Shown here in pieces: positions 48,955 through 57,277 of a stretch of 64,000 bases of DNA. Position 1 is the first letter of the stretch. The number at the start of each line of letters is the position of its first letter. Source of the DNA: Candidatus Latescibacterota bacterium (GTDB lineage: Bacteria > Latescibacterota > UBA2968 > SICM01); NCBI GenBank assembly GCA_965217865.1, contig CBDCJO010000002.1:3840001-3904000 (forward strand), given 5' to 3'. The position numbers and the translations under genes were made by a program. The notes below the pieces were generated by a model. It ran no database searches. It saw only the letters and a program-made list of their open reading frames with translations, and was not told the DNA's origin.

Positions 48955-49713
48955 ATGATTCTTGACGACTTTCGATTGACCGATCAGGTTTCCCTGGTCA
49001 CAGGGGTGGGTAAGGGGTTGGGGCAGTCCCTGGCTCTGGGCCTGGCGGAAGCCGGATGCGATATCGCGGGGGTCTACCGGACGGCTTGTGATGAGACGCG
49101 TCGTCAGGTCGAGGGGGTGGGGAGAAAGTTTTATCCGATTCGGGTGGACTTTTCCAAGGAACCTGCGGCACCTGTTCTCGAGCAAGCGCTCGAGGGCCTT
49201 GGCCAGGTGGATATCGTGGTCAACAACGCGGGGACGATAAGACGCGCTCCGGTACTCGACTACTCCGAGCAGGACTGGGATGAAGTCATGGACGTCAATT
49301 TGAAGAGCGGATTCTTTCTTAGCCAATCCGCAGCACGCCACTGGGTTGATCTGGGAAGGAGCGGAAAGATCATATTCATCGCATCTGTACTATCTTTCCA
49401 GGGCGGAATTCTCATCCCCCCATACACAGAGAGCAAACATGGCGTGGTGGGCATCGTCCGCCTCCTGTCGAATGAGTTGGCCTCGAAAAGGATCAACGTT
49501 AACGCCATTGCACCGGGCTACATGGCCACCGATAGCACAACAGCCTTGAGAGAAGACACGGATCGAAGTCAGGCCATTCTGAACAGGATTCCCGCAAACC
49601 GGTGGGGTAACCCCGAGGATTTGAAAGGGGCAGTGGTCTTCCTTGCGTCACAGGCTTCAAACTATATCCACGGCGAGACGCTCGTCGTGGACGGGGGCTG
49701 GTTGGGGCGCTGA
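48955..49713 (+). CDS. kduD: 2-dehydro-3-deoxy-D-gluconate 5-dehydrogenase (SDR)
   Basis: 'TGVGKGLG', 'NNAGTIRR', 'ASVLSFQGGILIPPYTESKHG', 'VDGGWLGR'. Confidence 0.9.
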   Translation: MILDDFRLTDQVSLVTGVGKGLGQSLALGLAEAGCDIAGVYRTACDETRRQVEGVGRKFYPIRVDFSKEPAAPVLEQALEGLGQVDIVVNNAGTIRRAPVLDYSEQDWDEVMDVNLKSGFFLSQSAARHWVDLGRSGKIIFIASVLSFQGGILIPPYTESKHGVVGIVRLLSNELASKRINVNAIAPGYMATDSTTALREDTDRSQAILNRIPANRWGNPEDLKGAVVFLASQASNYIHGETLVVDGGWLGR

Positions 49714-49734
49714 TTATGGAATGGCAGATTGGCC

Positions 49735-49763
49735 TTGACAGCGTGTTTCGGCTGTTTTAACAT
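49735..49763 (+). promoter_or_regulatory. Putative sigma70 promoter for the dehydrogenase complex operon
   Basis: TTGACA-17 nt-TAACAT. Confidence 0.55.
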
Positions 49764-49820
49764 GATGTTCCCTCAAGAGGCAATGCGATTATTCCCATTC
49801 CATTTCACTAAGAGGCAGCT

Positions 49821-51008
49821 TTGGTCAAAAAGATCGTGATGCCGAAATATGGTCTTCAGCAGGATGAAGGGAAGGTTGTGCGGTGGCTGAAAAACGAGGG
49901 AGAAAAAGTTGAGAAAGGCGAAGGCCTTGTGGAGGTCGAGACCGACAAGGCGGTGTTCGAATACGAATCCCCCGAAGCGGGGGTCCTCCGTAAGATCCTC
50001 GTGACTGAAGGATCGGTGGTGCCGGTTCTCTCCGTCATCGCGGTTGTCACCGACAGTCCGGACGAACCTGTCGACGTGGAGGTTCAAGCCCCCGTCGCTT
50101 CAGAAAAACCCGGAGCGATCTCCGGGCCCTCACCGCCTGCTCCGGTCCAAACCAGTCCCGCGGGGCGGGTGAAGAGCTCTCCCGCGGCAAAGAAACTGGC
50201 GAAGGACCTGGGAGTCGATTTGATGACGGTCGAGGGAACGGGACCGGGGGGCAGGATCACGCGTGAAGACGTGGAACAGGCTGCGGCAAAGGGGTCCCTT
50301 CCGGCTGGGGCCTCCCCCGGACCGTCTGAGAGTCGGACGCCGCTCTCCCGGATGCGACAGGCCATTGGACAGGCCATGTCTGAGAGCAAGGGGACGATCC
50401 CGCATTTCTATGTCTCCGTTGAAGTGGACATGACCGACCTTGAGGCCTGGCGCAAAAAGGCCGCTGAGGCCCAGGGGATTCAACTATCGGTGACCGATCT
50501 GCTGATTAAAGCGGCCGCGGAGGCGCTGAAGGGATTTCCATCGCTCAATGCGAGCCTCGATGGAGATTCCATGGTCATCCACGAAGCCGTTCACGTCGGA
50601 CTCGCCGTGGGCACGGAGGAGGGACTGTTGGTTCCGGTGATCCCAAACGTCCAGGCAAAATCCATGAACGATCTGGCGAAGGAGCGGGCAGATGTGGTGG
50701 AGGCGGCAAGGTCCGGCAAGCTCAAAGGTTCCGATCGTGCGACGTTCACGATATCAAACCTGGGCATGTTCGGCGTCAAGTCATTCATCGCTATTGTAAA
50801 TCCACCGGAGTCCGCAGCCCTTGCCGTAGGCGCGATCCGCTCGGAGGTAAAACCCTTCGGGGATCAGGAATCCTTCGCAGTAAGGCGGGTGATGGAGATC
50901 ACGCTGTCCGCGGATCATCGCCTGGCAGACGGTGTTCTCGCCGCAGGCTACCTCCGTGAGCTGAAAAAGCATCTTGAAAGCGTCCAAACTCTGGAGGGTT
51001 GGCTGTAA
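49821..51008 (+). CDS. Dihydrolipoamide acyltransferase (E2) of an acetoin/2-oxoacid dehydrogenase
   Basis: Lipoyl 'VETDKA', E3-binding 'SPAAKKLA...GTGPGGRIT', 'TISNLG', catalytic 'DHRLADG'. Confidence 0.95.
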   Translation: MVKKIVMPKYGLQQDEGKVVRWLKNEGEKVEKGEGLVEVETDKAVFEYESPEAGVLRKILVTEGSVVPVLSVIAVVTDSPDEPVDVEVQAPVASEKPGAISGPSPPAPVQTSPAGRVKSSPAAKKLAKDLGVDLMTVEGTGPGGRITREDVEQAAAKGSLPAGASPGPSESRTPLSRMRQAIGQAMSESKGTIPHFYVSVEVDMTDLEAWRKKAAEAQGIQLSVTDLLIKAAAEALKGFPSLNASLDGDSMVIHEAVHVGLAVGTEEGLLVPVIPNVQAKSMNDLAKERADVVEAARSGKLKGSDRATFTISNLGMFGVKSFIAIVNPPESAALAVGAIRSEVKPFGDQESFAVRRVMEITLSADHRLADGVLAAGYLRELKKHLESVQTLEGWL

Positions 51009-51018
51009 TAAAGCCGTC

Positions 51019-51158
51019 GATCGTGGATCGTGACTCGGAAAAGCCGGTGTTCGTGATTCGTGGATCGGAAAGCCCAAAAAACCTTTGACAATTCATTCAA
51101 ATAATTCGCATCGATCATTAACGAATCACGAATCACGAATCACGAATCACGAATCACG
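51019..51158. repeat. Heptamer tandem repeat (ACGAATC)5 with upstream inverted degenerate copies
   Basis: 51121-51158 carries five perfect ACGAATC copies plus ACG; 51019-51068 carries TCGTGGA/TCGTGAC/TCGTGAT units. Confidence 0.85.
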
Positions 51159-51174
51159 TTTTGACGGAGGTCCT

Positions 51175-52134
51175 ATGAATCACGACCGCCAGTTGTTGTT
51201 GGATATGTACCGGGGCATGCTCCGCATTAGAAGATTTGAAGAGCAGATCTGGAACGTCTTTACAACCGGTCTGATGCACGGATTGGCGCATCTCTACATC
51301 GGGGAGGAGGCAGTGGCCGTCGGGATCTGTTCCGCCCTTCGGGAGGAGGACTATATTACCAGTACGCATCGGGGGCACGGCCATTGTGTGGCCAAGGGCG
51401 GGCAGTTGGACCGGATGATGGCCGAGGTGATGGGCAAAGTCACCGGCTACTGCAGGGGTAAGGGCGGCTCGATGCATATCGCGGATATGTCCTTGGGCAT
51501 TCTTGGAGCGAACGGTATCGTGGGAGGGGGATTCGGGATCGCCACCGGTGCTGCCCTTTCTGCGAAACTCCGGAAGACCGACCAGGTTGCGGCCTGCTTT
51601 TTCGGAGACGGGGCTGCGAACCAGGGCATTTTTTTCGAAGTGATGAACCATGCCGCAATTTGGAATCTTCCTGTAATCTATGTCTGTGAGAACAATCAAT
51701 ATGGGGAGTACACCGCGACGGAGAATGTCACGGCGGGAAAATGCATTGCGGATCGGGCGACCCCTTTCGGGGTTCCGGGTCGGGTGGTGGACGGTTGTGA
51801 TGTGATGGCTGTCTATGAGGCGATGACCGAGTTTGTGGCCTTGGCGCGGGCGGGGGAGGGGCCTGCCCTTATCGAGTGTCAGACCTATCGTCATCGGGGC
51901 CATCACGTGGGTGACCCGGGGGACGCTTACCGTTCAAAGGAGGAGATCGAGGAGTGGATGGGAAAGGACCCGATTGAACGGTTGAAGAAGAAGCTTCTGG
52001 ATGAGGGGACGAAGGAGGCGGAGTTGGTCTCCATCGACGAGGGGGTGCAAAAGGCCGTCCTGGATGCGGTCGAATCCGCCAAGGCAGCACCGTACCCGGA
52101 TGTGAAGGAGGTCACCGAGCATGTCTACGCCTGA
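51175..52134 (+). CDS. TPP-dependent dehydrogenase E1 alpha subunit (acetoin dehydrogenase AcoA-like)
   Basis: 'HLYIGEEA', 'STHRGHGH', 'GKGGSMH', TPP motif 'GDGAANQG...ENN'; GGAGG RBS before ATG 51175. Confidence 0.95.
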   Translation: MNHDRQLLLDMYRGMLRIRRFEEQIWNVFTTGLMHGLAHLYIGEEAVAVGICSALREEDYITSTHRGHGHCVAKGGQLDRMMAEVMGKVTGYCRGKGGSMHIADMSLGILGANGIVGGGFGIATGAALSAKLRKTDQVAACFFGDGAANQGIFFEVMNHAAIWNLPVIYVCENNQYGEYTATENVTAGKCIADRATPFGVPGRVVDGCDVMAVYEAMTEFVALARAGEGPALIECQTYRHRGHHVGDPGDAYRSKEEIEEWMGKDPIERLKKKLLDEGTKEAELVSIDEGVQKAVLDAVESAKAAPYPDVKEVTEHVYA

Positions 52135-53107
52135 GAGGGAGATGACCTTTGGGCAGGCCGTGAATGAGGCCATCGCCGAAGAGATGCGCCGGGACGAGAC
52201 CGTTCTGCTGATCGGAGAAGACGTGGGCGCCGCAGGCGGGGTGTTCAAGATCCTGGTCGGTCTCTACAAGGAGTTCGGGCGTGAACGGGTCATCGATACC
52301 CCGATTGCAGAGGCGGGGTTCGTCGGGCTGGGGGTCGGTGCGGCCCTGACCGGGATGCGACCGATCGTGGAGATTATGTTCGGGGACTTCATGGCCTTGG
52401 CGATGGACCAGATCGTCAATCAGGCGGCCAAGATCCGCTACATGTCGGGTGGACAGGCGAAGGTCCCGCTTACGATTCGGGCGACTCTGGGTGCGGGCAG
52501 GTCCTCGGCTGCACAGCATTCGCAAAGCCTTCACGCCTGGACATCGCATATTCCGGGGCTCAAAGTTGCAATCCCATCCACTCCGGCAGACGCCAAGGGA
52601 CTGCTCAAAACGGCCGTGAGAGACGACAATCCCGTTATCGTGTATGAGGACAAGATGATGTACGCCCTGAAGGGGACGGTCCCCGAGGGGGATGAAACGA
52701 TTCCGTTCGGAAAGGCCGACGTGAAACGGGCTGGGAGCGACGTCACCATCATCGCGACCTCGAGCATGGTACACGTTGCCTTGAACGCAGCCGGGACCCT
52801 TGAGGGCCAGGGGATCAGCGCGGAGGTTGTGGATCCGCGCACGATGGTTCCGCTCGATAAGGAGACGCTTGTCGCATCCGTGGCCAAAACCGGTCGGGCC
52901 CTCATCATCGACGAGGGCTATCAGCGTTTCGGGGTCACTGGCGAACTTGCCTCTGTTGTGTATGAAGGGGCCTTCGATTATCTGGAGGCACCCGTCGTTC
53001 GCATCGGCGCGATGGACGTCCCGGTCCCGTTCACCAAACCCCTTGAGGACGAGACGATTCCGGCCGAAAACGATGTGGTGGCGGCCGTGGCCGGGATGAT
53101 GAATTGA
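52121..53107 (+). CDS. TPP-dependent dehydrogenase E1 beta subunit (AcoB-like)
   Basis: 'GEDVG', 'DTPIAE', 'AAQHSQ', 'DAKGLL'. Confidence 0.95.
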   Translation: MSTPEREMTFGQAVNEAIAEEMRRDETVLLIGEDVGAAGGVFKILVGLYKEFGRERVIDTPIAEAGFVGLGVGAALTGMRPIVEIMFGDFMALAMDQIVNQAAKIRYMSGGQAKVPLTIRATLGAGRSSAAQHSQSLHAWTSHIPGLKVAIPSTPADAKGLLKTAVRDDNPVIVYEDKMMYALKGTVPEGDETIPFGKADVKRAGSDVTIIATSSMVHVALNAAGTLEGQGISAEVVDPRTMVPLDKETLVASVAKTGRALIIDEGYQRFGVTGELASVVYEGAFDYLEAPVVRIGAMDVPVPFTKPLEDETIPAENDVVAAVAGMMN

Positions 53108-53133
53108 GGGTTGAGTAATGATGTCGACAGTCG

Positions 53134-53166
53134 AAGGCGGCCCATCTAAACGGTGGGCCGCCTTTT
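53134..53166 (+). terminator. Rho-independent terminator
   Basis: AAGGCGGCCCATC-taaac-GGTGGGCCGCCTT-TT. Confidence 0.85.
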
Positions 53167-53233
53167 ATAATGTGTTATACAGGTCGGCGATGATGAAGAC
53201 TTCAGGCACCGGTCCTGAGCCGGGGGAAATCCC

Positions 53234-54070
53234 ATGCCTTTTCTGATCCTCAGCGTGTTTTTCACGGTCCTGTTTTTTCACACAATCCGCCGGGCCCAGA
53301 CCAGGGGATGCGATATGATGGTCGCGGGTGTGGTGAACTACGCCCTGGCCTCCCTGATCTGTGGGCTCGTCTCGGCCGCAGGCGGAAATCGAGAGATCCA
53401 CGCGGTGACACTCATTCTTGGCACCCTTCAGGGTATCGGTTTCATCGTGAGCTATATCTTGCTTTGCACGTCGTATGAACGGAGTGGACTGGCGATTTCA
53501 ACGACAATCACGCGACTTTCAATGATGATTCCGATCCTTGCATCGGTGTTCTGGTGGGGGGAGAGGCCCAGCCTCGCCCAGGTCATCGGGATCGGTGCTT
53601 CCCTTGGGGCCCTCCCCCTTTTGAGCGCCGGGAGCCCCTTCCGACCATCCGGGACGAAGGGATTTCGGTTCACCGTGCTTCTTTTTCTGTCTGTCGGCGG
53701 ATGCCATCTTGTAGCCAAAACCTTTGTGATGCAGCAAGTTCCGGATGCAACGACAACTTATATGGCTGCGCTTTTCGGGGTGGCTGCCATCGGGGGCGGT
53801 TTAAGCCTCCCTTTCCGCCCCTTTCAGCCAACCCGTCGGGATGTGAAGGAAGGCATCTTCATCGGCGTGGCCAATGTCCTGGCGACCCTCTTTACGCTGA
53901 TTGCACTGGACATGGTGCCAGGCGTGATCGCCTTTCCGGTGATTTCCTGTGGGGGTGTTTTGGCGATGACCCTTTTCGCCATGGTCGTCTGGAAAGAGCG
54001 CCTGACACCCAGGAGCCGTCTGGGCATTGGGGTGGCCATGATCGGGATCACCCTGTTAAATTTCAAGTAG
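53234..54070 (+). CDS. DMT/EamA-family transporter
   Basis: About 10 TM helices in two repeats; 'WGERPS', 'WKERLT'. Confidence 0.85.
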   Translation: MPFLILSVFFTVLFFHTIRRAQTRGCDMMVAGVVNYALASLICGLVSAAGGNREIHAVTLILGTLQGIGFIVSYILLCTSYERSGLAISTTITRLSMMIPILASVFWWGERPSLAQVIGIGASLGALPLLSAGSPFRPSGTKGFRFTVLLFLSVGGCHLVAKTFVMQQVPDATTTYMAALFGVAAIGGGLSLPFRPFQPTRRDVKEGIFIGVANVLATLFTLIALDMVPGVIAFPVISCGGVLAMTLFAMVVWKERLTPRSRLGIGVAMIGITLLNFK

Positions 54071-54278
54071 ACGAGGACATCATCTTTTCGCTTGCCAACA
54101 TCTATGGTATGGCCTACTTTATGGAAGGGGTAAAGATCCCGTGTGAAAACGAAATAAATGTCATATATATCACTATATTATAATAAGTTATGACCTTTGT
54201 GTCGAGCGAGGGTTTTGCCCGCGGGGAACGCATTCAGATCCGGCCATATGGTCGATAGACGCTGATCCTGGAGGGGTA

Positions 54279-55409
54279 ATGGCTGAGCCTTATCGGGCGG
54301 TCATCATCGGTTGCGGATCCATCGGAGGACGACACGCAAACGGTTATCGGGCTGCGGGAGAGGTCGCCCTTGTCGCAGCGTGCGATCCAAACGGGCGTTC
54401 CCTCGATGCCTTTTTGAAAGAGTACGAGATCCCCTCCGGTTATGCCGACTTTCGGGAGATGCTGGATAAAGAGCGACCGGATCTCGTGGACATCTGCACG
54501 TGGCACCTTTTGCACGCCCCGCAGACCGTCGCAGCAGCGGAATATGAGCCGAAGGGGATCCTGTGCGAAAAGCCGATGGCCGTGGATTTGGATTCCGCGG
54601 ATGGGATGATCGATGCGTGCGCCAGTCGGGGGGTTAAACTCGCGATCAGTCACCAGCGACGGTTCTACAGTTCCTGGACAAAAGCCCGGGAGCTGGTCGC
54701 CGAAGGGGCTGTGGGAAGGCCTCAGATGGTCACGGCCCGGGCGGGGGAAGGCCTGCTGAATTGCGGTACGCACGAGTTGGACGCGATCAGGTATCTGCTC
54801 GGGGATCCGGAGGCGGAGTGGGTCATGGGAGCGGTTGAACGCAAGACCGATCGCCACGAAAGGGACGTAAAGATCGAAGACCGGTGCATGGGGCTCATCG
54901 CGTTTGAGGGGGGTGTGCAGGCGCTCATCCAGTCAGACCTGACCCAGGATTGGTCCGTGGAGGACTACCGCATCCTTGGGACAGAGGGTATGATGGATGT
55001 CTCAAGTAAGGAGATCGCGATGCTTAATGGCGAATCGGGGGGGTGGAATACCGTAGAACCTGAAGTCCTTGACCCCTGGGCTGCCCAAGCCAGGGAGATG
55101 GTCGGGTGGATCGAAGGCCGTAGCGGCCACCGGGGGGAGGGGGCACAGGCTCGACGAACCACGGAGTTGCTGATGGGGATCTACCAGTCGGCACGGAATC
55201 ACGAGGTGGTCCGCATACCGATCACAGAGAAAGGTTACCCCCTGGACATGATGGTGGCGGAGGGAAAGCTCCCCCTGGAAGAACCGGGAAGGTATGATAT
55301 CCGGGGTTTCCTGCGGTTTGAACCGGAAGAGAAGGCGCATTACACAAGGCTGCGTCATCAGGGAATGTCCCATCGCGATGTTTTGAAGTCAATGGGGAAG
55401 GGGGGCTGA
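54279..55409 (+). CDS. Gfo/Idh/MocA-family oxidoreductase
   Basis: 'IIGCGSIG', 'ILCEKPMA', 'GTHELD'. Confidence 0.92.
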   Translation: MAEPYRAVIIGCGSIGGRHANGYRAAGEVALVAACDPNGRSLDAFLKEYEIPSGYADFREMLDKERPDLVDICTWHLLHAPQTVAAAEYEPKGILCEKPMAVDLDSADGMIDACASRGVKLAISHQRRFYSSWTKARELVAEGAVGRPQMVTARAGEGLLNCGTHELDAIRYLLGDPEAEWVMGAVERKTDRHERDVKIEDRCMGLIAFEGGVQALIQSDLTQDWSVEDYRILGTEGMMDVSSKEIAMLNGESGGWNTVEPEVLDPWAAQAREMVGWIEGRSGHRGEGAQARRTTELLMGIYQSARNHEVVRIPITEKGYPLDMMVAEGKLPLEEPGRYDIRGFLRFEPEEKAHYTRLRHQGMSHRDVLKSMGKGG

Positions 55410-55468
55410 GAGGCGATGAAAAAAGCTGGTAGAGGGATTTCAATCGGAACGCAGGGAGGAGGGTTTGC

Positions 55469-56122
55469 ATGAAATTTTTCATCGATACCGCCAGTGTACG
55501 GGATATCGAAGAAGCCAATGCGATGGGTATCCTGGACGGGGTGACGACGAATCCCACGCACATGTCCAAGGAGGAAGGGACGTTTGAAGACATCCTGCTT
55601 CGCATCTGCGATATCGTAGATGGACCGGTGAGCGCAGAGGTCGTCAGCCTGAAATCGGAGGAGATCCTTTCGGAGGCCAGGAGGATCGCCAAGATCCACC
55701 CGAAGATTGTCGTCAAGATCCCGATTACGCTCGATGGCTTGAAGGCCCTCAAAGCCGCCTCGGGCGAGGGGATTCGGGTGAATGTCACCCTTTGCTTTTC
55801 ACCGACGCAGGCCCTGCTGGCGGCCAAGGCCGGGGCGACTTATATCAGTCCGTTTATCGGCCGACTGGATGACATCGCACAAGAGGGGATGGCGCTCATC
55901 CGGACGATCAGGCAGATCTACGACAACTACGGGTTCGACACCCAGATCCTTGCCGCGAGCATTCGAAGCCCCCAGCACGTGGTCCAAGCCGCACTTTCGG
56001 GAGCGGATGTGGCCACACTCCCGGCCGCGGTGATCAAACAACTCTTGGTCCATCCTTTGACGGACATCGGGCTTAAACGGTTCCTCGACGATTGGAATTC
56101 CTGGGAACAGAAGAAGGGATAG
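55469..56122 (+). CDS. tal: Transaldolase, small FSA/TalC (fructose-6-phosphate aldolase) family
   Basis: 'FFIDTA', 'GVTTNP', 'VVKIP', 'NVTL'. 'SAEV' (Glu) and 'SPF' (Phe) indicate transaldolase rather than FSA chemistry. Confidence 0.9.
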   Translation: MKFFIDTASVRDIEEANAMGILDGVTTNPTHMSKEEGTFEDILLRICDIVDGPVSAEVVSLKSEEILSEARRIAKIHPKIVVKIPITLDGLKALKAASGEGIRVNVTLCFSPTQALLAAKAGATYISPFIGRLDDIAQEGMALIRTIRQIYDNYGFDTQILAASIRSPQHVVQAALSGADVATLPAAVIKQLLVHPLTDIGLKRFLDDWNSWEQKKG

Positions 56123-56198
56123 TCACGAAGGCGTCTCCGTGAAGCCTTTCCCGTTCACACGATCCGGAGAATTCGCGGAATCCTGTTTGGAGATTTCA

Positions 56199-56431
56199 AT
56201 GGCGGTCGGACGTTTTTGGGGATGGGTCGTCTGGTATCTTCTGACGACCGTTTCGTTGTGCACGATGGTCATCGGGGCCCAATCGTGGGGATGACCCAGT
56301 ATCCGAAGAGCATCGACATGTTCGTCGGCATCGCCATGCTTGGAATAGGGGGATTCTTAACGACCCGGTGCATTGTGGGGATCGTCCAGTGGATCCTCCA
56401 GGGAATGCGCCGGGGCAAACGGGTGGGCTGA
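56199..56431 (+). CDS. Small 2-TM membrane protein, frameshifted at ~56277 as assembled
   Basis: GGAG RBS, then MAVGRFWGWVVWYLLTTVSLCTMVIG; a second frame continues IVGMTQYPKSIDMFVGIAMLGIGGFL...RRGKRVG*. Confidence 0.5.
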
Positions 56432-56551
56432 AAAAAAGGCTTGCTTTCCAAGGGATTTTATATCAGATTGTAAGAATGAGTTAAAAAACAAGGTTATCCT
56501 TTTTTATGCCTATTTTTAGCCGCTCCAGGGGACCGATTTTACCCCTATGAA

Positions 56552-57235
56552 TTGGAGGTTGTTTTGCCGGTTCACAGATATCTGACACTGACGATTTGCT
56601 GCCTGTCGACCCTTATTTTTTATCCCCTCCCCGTTTTCAGCCAGAAGGCTGAGGAGCACTACAACGAGGGCACCAACCTCTTGAACAAGGGAAAGATCAG
56701 TGGGGCGATTTCGGAGTTAAAAAAGGCGATCGAAATGAAGCCGGATCTGGCCCCTGCCCACTTCAACCTCGGTAAGGCCTACGAGAGGAACAGGTCCGTG
56801 AAGTCCGCAACGGCTTCGTATAAACGGGCGATCAAGTACAAGGCGGATGAGCCCAAATACCACATGAGCCTGGGTCGCATCTACAAGAAGCGGAAGATGA
56901 TCGGAAAGGCGATCGCCTCCTACAGGAAGGCTGCCAAACTCGACCCGAAAAACGGACAGATCCACTTTCGCCTCGGGAACGCTTACCTTGAACGGGAGGC
57001 ATTGGACAAAGCCGTGGAGAGCTATAACAGGGCCCTCAAGCTGAAGTACAGGAAACGGGCAAGGGTGTATCTCAATCTGGGGATCGCCCATCAGAAACAG
57101 GAGAACAACCCGGAGGCCGTCAAGGCCTACGAGGCTTATCTCAAGGCGTCTCCGAAGGCGTCCAACTCGAAACAGATCCGGGAGATCATCGAAGGGATCC
57201 ACAAACAGATCGAGTACGACGAAGGACGAAAATGA
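56552..57235 (+). CDS. Exported tetratricopeptide repeat protein
   Basis: Signal-like N-terminus followed by 5 TPRs ('AHFNLG', 'HFRLGNAY', 'YLNLG'). Start approximate. Confidence 0.88.
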   Translation: MEVVLPVHRYLTLTICCLSTLIFYPLPVFSQKAEEHYNEGTNLLNKGKISGAISELKKAIEMKPDLAPAHFNLGKAYERNRSVKSATASYKRAIKYKADEPKYHMSLGRIYKKRKMIGKAIASYRKAAKLDPKNGQIHFRLGNAYLEREALDKAVESYNRALKLKYRKRARVYLNLGIAHQKQENNPEAVKAYEAYLKASPKASNSKQIREIIEGIHKQIEYDEGRK

Positions 57236-57277
57236 TCGGTCTTCTTCTGCGCGTCGATCTTTAAGGGAGTATACCCC

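Noticed and set aside
51019-51158. Repeat region as a possible CRISPR array
   Set aside because: 7-nt tandem units without spacers, and no cas genes.
51085-51174. N-terminal extension of E1 alpha (TNHESRI repeats) in the ORF track
   Set aside because: It is translated intergenic heptamer repeat; the real ATG at 51175 has a GGAGG RBS.
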